Part shown: positions 60,803 to 64,000 of the stretch, piece after piece | Layout of the letters: each line of letters starts with the position of its first letter | How positions within the stretch are numbered: the first letter of the stretch is position 1 | Assembly: GCA_965205425.1 (NCBI GenBank) | Contig: CBDBGZ010000009.1 | Location: 704,001 to 768,000, forward strand | Source of the DNA: Nitrosopumilus sp. | GTDB taxonomy: Archaea; Thermoproteota; Nitrososphaeria; Nitrososphaerales; Nitrosopumilaceae | DNA: 64,000 nt | Direction: 5' to 3' | Notes under the pieces: generated by a model | Databases searched by the model: none | What the model was told of the DNA's origin: nothing | Seen by the model: the letters and a program-made list of their open reading frames with translations, nothing else | Made by a program: the position numbers and the translations under genes

Positions 60803-62941
60803 ATGAGTGAAATAATTTTAAAAATTGAAGAGAGCCCACAACAACATGTTGGTATGGGCAGAGCAATTATTGATCCTAAAATTATTGAGGATCAAAAATG
60901 GAATTCTGGCCAAATTCTTGAACTTACATTCAATAAAAAAACACATGTAAAACTTTGGCCCGGTGCACCTGAAGAATATGGTTCAGGTATTATCAAAATA
61001 GATGGAATGACAAGACAAAATATTGGAGCTGGAATTGGTGATAAAATTTCACTAAAAACAGTTGAAGCTGTAAATGCTGAACAAATTGTTTTGTCACCAA
61101 CTGAAAAGATTGCTGCAGAAGGATTGCAAGAATACATGATTTACAATTATCTTAATCATGTTTTTACAACAGGAGATTCAGTTTCTCTTAACACACAGAT
61201 GGGTGGAAGAGTTCAATTTGTTGTAACAAGTACCAAACCATCTAAACCAGTTTTAGTTACAGAAAATACTGTATTCAAGCTTGGTGCAATGACTAAGGCA
61301 GTTGATTCATCATTTCCAAGAATCACATATGATGAACTGGGAGGCCTAAAAAATGAAGTCCAAAAAATTCGTGAAATGGTAGAGTTACCAATGAGACATC
61401 CTGAATTATTTGATAAAATAGGCGTGGAAGCACCAAAAGGCGTACTATTGTATGGTCCCCCAGGAACTGGAAAAACCCTACTAGCAAAGGCAGTAGCTGG
61501 AGAAACTAATGCTCATTTTATCTCTCTAAGTGGTCCTGAAATAATGGGTAAACATTATGGAGAAAGTGAAGAAAGAATTAGAGAAATCTTTACGCAAGCT
61601 GAAGAAAATGCCCCTAGCATAATTTTCATAGATGAGATTGATTCTATTGCTCCAAAAAGAGATGAAGTTTCTGGTGAACTAGAGAAAAGAATTGTTTCAC
61701 AATTACTAACTCTAATGGATGGTATGAAGTCTAGAGGCAAAGTTGTTGTAATTGCAGCTACTAACAGACCAGACTCAATTGATCCAGCACTTCGAAGACC
61801 AGGTAGATTTGATAGAGAAATTGAAATTGGGATTCCAGACGATGAAGGAAGATTCGATATTCTTTCAATTCATACACGTGGTATGCCAATTGATGAGAAA
61901 GTAGATCTAAAACAAATCTCAAAAACTATACATGGATTTGTAGGAGCTGATTTGGAAATATTATCTAAAGAAGCTGCAATGAAATCTCTTCGTAGAATTC
62001 TTCCTGAGATTGATTATGATGAAGAAAAAATTTCATCAGAGATACTTGAAAAGATCCAAATCACAAGTGAAGATTTTAGAGATGCACTAAAAGAAGTCAG
62101 TCCTAGTGCACTCAGAGAAGTCCAAGTCCAAATTCCAAATGTAAATTGGGATGATGTTGGTGGTTTAGATGAATTAAAAGAAGAACTCAAAGAAGCTGTT
62201 GAATGGCCAATCAAGTACAAGGATGCATATGATTATGTAAATGTAGAAACACCAAAAGGAATTCTACTTCATGGTCCTCCAGGTACTGGTAAGACACTGA
62301 TTGCAAAGGCTCTTGCAAAAATGACCGAATCTAATTTTATCAGTATAAAGGGTCCTGAGCTACTTTCAAAATGGGTAGGAGAATCTGAAAAAGGCGTCAG
62401 AGAAATATTCAGAAAAGCCAGACAGGCAGCACCATGTATTATTTTCTTAGATGAAGTTGATGCACTTGTTCCAAGAAGAAGAGGAGGTTCTGATTCACAT
62501 GTTACAGAAAATATAGTATCTCAAATCTTAACAGAAATCGATGGATTAGAAGAACTAAACAATGTTTTGATAATTGGTGCAACAAACCGATTAGACATTG
62601 TTGATGAAGCTCTTCTCAGACCAGGCAGATTTGATAGAATCATCAAAGTTCCAAATCCTGATGAAAAAGGAAGACAACATATCTTTGAGATTCATACAAA
62701 GAACAAACCTCTTGCAAGTGATGTAAAAATCTCAGAAATTGTAAAATTGACTGATGATTTTAGTGGTGCTGAGATTGCAGCAGTTGCAAACAGAGCCGCA
62801 ATTACAGCTTTGAAGAGATATGTTTCTGGCAAATCAGAAAATGTCAAAGAGATTAAGATTTCTCAGCAAGATTTAGTTGATGCTGTGGATAAGGTAAAGC
62901 CTCGAAAGAAAGAGGCACCTATACCTCAATCCATAAAATAA
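60803..62941 (+). CDS. cdc48: CDC48/VAT AAA+ ATPase
   Basis: Two AAA modules ([15 protein letters not shown]). Confidence 0.95.
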   Translation: MSEIILKIEESPQQHVGMGRAIIDPKIIEDQKWNSGQILELTFNKKTHVKLWPGAPEEYGSGIIKIDGMTRQNIGAGIGDKISLKTVEAVNAEQIVLSPTEKIAAEGLQEYMIYNYLNHVFTTGDSVSLNTQMGGRVQFVVTSTKPSKPVLVTENTVFKLGAMTKAVDSSFPRITYDELGGLKNEVQKIREMVELPMRHPELFDKIGVEAPKGVLLYGPPGTGKTLLAKAVAGETNAHFISLSGPEIMGKHYGESEERIREIFTQAEENAPSIIFIDEIDSIAPKRDEVSGELEKRIVSQLLTLMDGMKSRGKVVVIAATNRPDSIDPALRRPGRFDREIEIGIPDDEGRFDILSIHTRGMPIDEKVDLKQISKTIHGFVGADLEILSKEAAMKSLRRILPEIDYDEEKISSEILEKIQITSEDFRDALKEVSPSALREVQVQIPNVNWDDVGGLDELKEELKEAVEWPIKYKDAYDYVNVETPKGILLHGPPGTGKTLIAKALAKMTESNFISIKGPELLSKWVGESEKGVREIFRKARQAAPCIIFLDEVDALVPRRRGGSDSHVTENIVSQILTEIDGLEELNNVLIIGATNRLDIVDEALLRPGRFDRIIKVPNPDEKGRQHIFEIHTKNKPLASDVKISEIVKLTDDFSGAEIAAVANRAAITALKRYVSGKSENVKEIKISQQDLVDAVDKVKPRKKEAPIPQSIK

Positions 62942-62971
62942 TCTAAATACTAAGGAAAATGAGGAAGAAAC

Positions 62972-63190
62972 ATGAAACTCTATCTTGACTTTGAACCATG
63001 CAAAGAGTGTAATGAAATGATGACTGGATTAAGCAGTTCTGAGATGTTATTTGCTGATGAGAAAACTAGGGCAGACGAATCTGCAAAATTTCTTAGACAT
63101 TTAACATACAATCACAACGAAGTGGTTCAAGCTGTAATGGAAGATCTTCCAAAACAAAAAAGAGATCAAGAGCCTGATTTTTACAAATAA
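62972..63190 (+). CDS. Small hypothetical protein (CxxC, HxxxxH)
   Basis: 72-aa ORF with a purine-rich leader. Confidence 0.55.
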   Translation: MKLYLDFEPCKECNEMMTGLSSSEMLFADEKTRADESAKFLRHLTYNHNEVVQAVMEDLPKQKRDQEPDFYK

Positions 63191-63264
63191 CCCTTTTTCG
63201 TTCTTAGAAATTAGTAATCACATTCATATACAAAAATGTCATAAGCTTTTTGTGAAATTATAAC

Positions 63265-63702
63265 ATGAAATATGGTCTGATTTTTGCCATGATTGCCATC
63301 ATTGCATCTGTTAGTTTTATACAAATTTCATTAGCAATTGAAACAGAACAAGAACCAGAACCACCACAAATTCCACAACCTAGTCCAGCACCAGAACCAA
63401 TTAAAATACCAGATCCTGCACCTGTACCAGATCCTTTTCCAGAAGAATCTGATTCAGAAAAAGTGAAACGACTAACTGAAGAAAATAATAATCTAAAACA
63501 ACAAAACTCTAATCTGCAAAGTCAAATATCTTCATTAAAAAATGAAAAACTAAGATTACAAGCAGAAATTTCTGAACTAAATGATTCCATACAAAGTCTT
63601 AAAGAAATTACATTGGAACAAGTTCGTGTAATTATGGAGTTGGCAAATCAAGTTAAAGAAATAATTTATGAAAAAATATTTGCTCCTACAATAAAATTGT
63701 AG
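63265..63702 (+). CDS. Exported Pro-rich/coiled-coil protein
   Basis: Signal peptide, PEP repeats, heptad region. Confidence 0.6.
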   Translation: MKYGLIFAMIAIIASVSFIQISLAIETEQEPEPPQIPQPSPAPEPIKIPDPAPVPDPFPEESDSEKVKRLTEENNNLKQQNSNLQSQISSLKNEKLRLQAEISELNDSIQSLKEITLEQVRVIMELANQVKEIIYEKIFAPTIKL

Positions 63703-63708
63703 GATTAT

Positions 63709-64000
63709 CTACTCAATTAGCTTTAATGTTTTCTTAATCAAGACTGCTCTGTTTCTAATAGTAACATCACTTACTCCAGATTCTACTGCAAACTTTTTCT
63801 GGCTAATTTTCTCGCCATTCAAAATACATGAAATGTATAATGATGCAGCAGCTTGTGCTACTGGGTGTTTTCCTGCAGTAATCTGTTCTTTTTCAGAGCG
63901 TGCTAGTATCTCAAATGCATCTCGTTTTGTTTTTTCTTTTAGATTCATGTTGTTTGAGATCTTTGAGATAAACGAGGCAGTGTTATACTGATTAAGATTC
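63709..64000 (-). CDS. tfb: Transcription initiation factor B family protein, C-terminal part
   Basis: AGKHPVAQAAASLY and GVSDVTIRNR cyclin-fold motifs; ORF runs off the window end. Confidence 0.8.
   Translation of the reverse strand, partial: NLNQYNTASFISKISNNMNLKEKTKRDAFEILARSEKEQITAGKHPVAQAAASLYISCILNGEKISQKKFAVESGVSDVTIRNRAVLIKKTLKLIE

Noticed and set aside
1241..62220. Many short ORFs antisense to or overlapping long genes (e.g. 2730-3257, 10735-11190, 41552-41863)
   Set aside because: Shadow ORFs of well-supported genes, with no recognisable motifs

Overview
AT-rich chromosomal window from an ammonia-oxidising archaeon (Nitrosopumilus-like Nitrososphaerota), judged from gene content: two glnA, thermosome, PolD DP1/DP2, Cdc6, GINS, GGGP synthase, cbiE, a CFI-box-CTERM protein and TFB. 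Core housekeeping genes fill about 16-30.7 kb and 37.5-64 kb, including the probable replication origin (ORB-like boxes plus an AT-rich unwinding element at about 50.45-50.91 kb, upstream of cdc6). Two IS-riddled accessory regions (about 0.75-16.1 kb and 30.7-37 kb) carry IS5-, IS630-, ISH3-, IS66- and IS1595-type elements, nested insertions, a four-copy IS630-derived MITE, a Liv-type amino-acid ABC transporter, a Fic protein and a large surface protein; this pattern suggests a host-associated lineage. The most unusual signals are: (1) a tRNA-like gene with alanine identity (G3:U70, A73) but a C33/GUC anticodon loop, followed by a 3' trailer antisense to its own 5' half; (2) a dense GTGAT/ATCAC array written through two genes beside the origin, one encoding a membrane-anchored winged-helix protein, with a separate GTTAAC box cluster in the origin, together a candidate origin-tethering or segregation module; (3) a degenerate att repeat marking a decayed 5-kb element integrated at tRNA-Pro(GGG). 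All calls come from reading the sequence by eye; no database searches were run.
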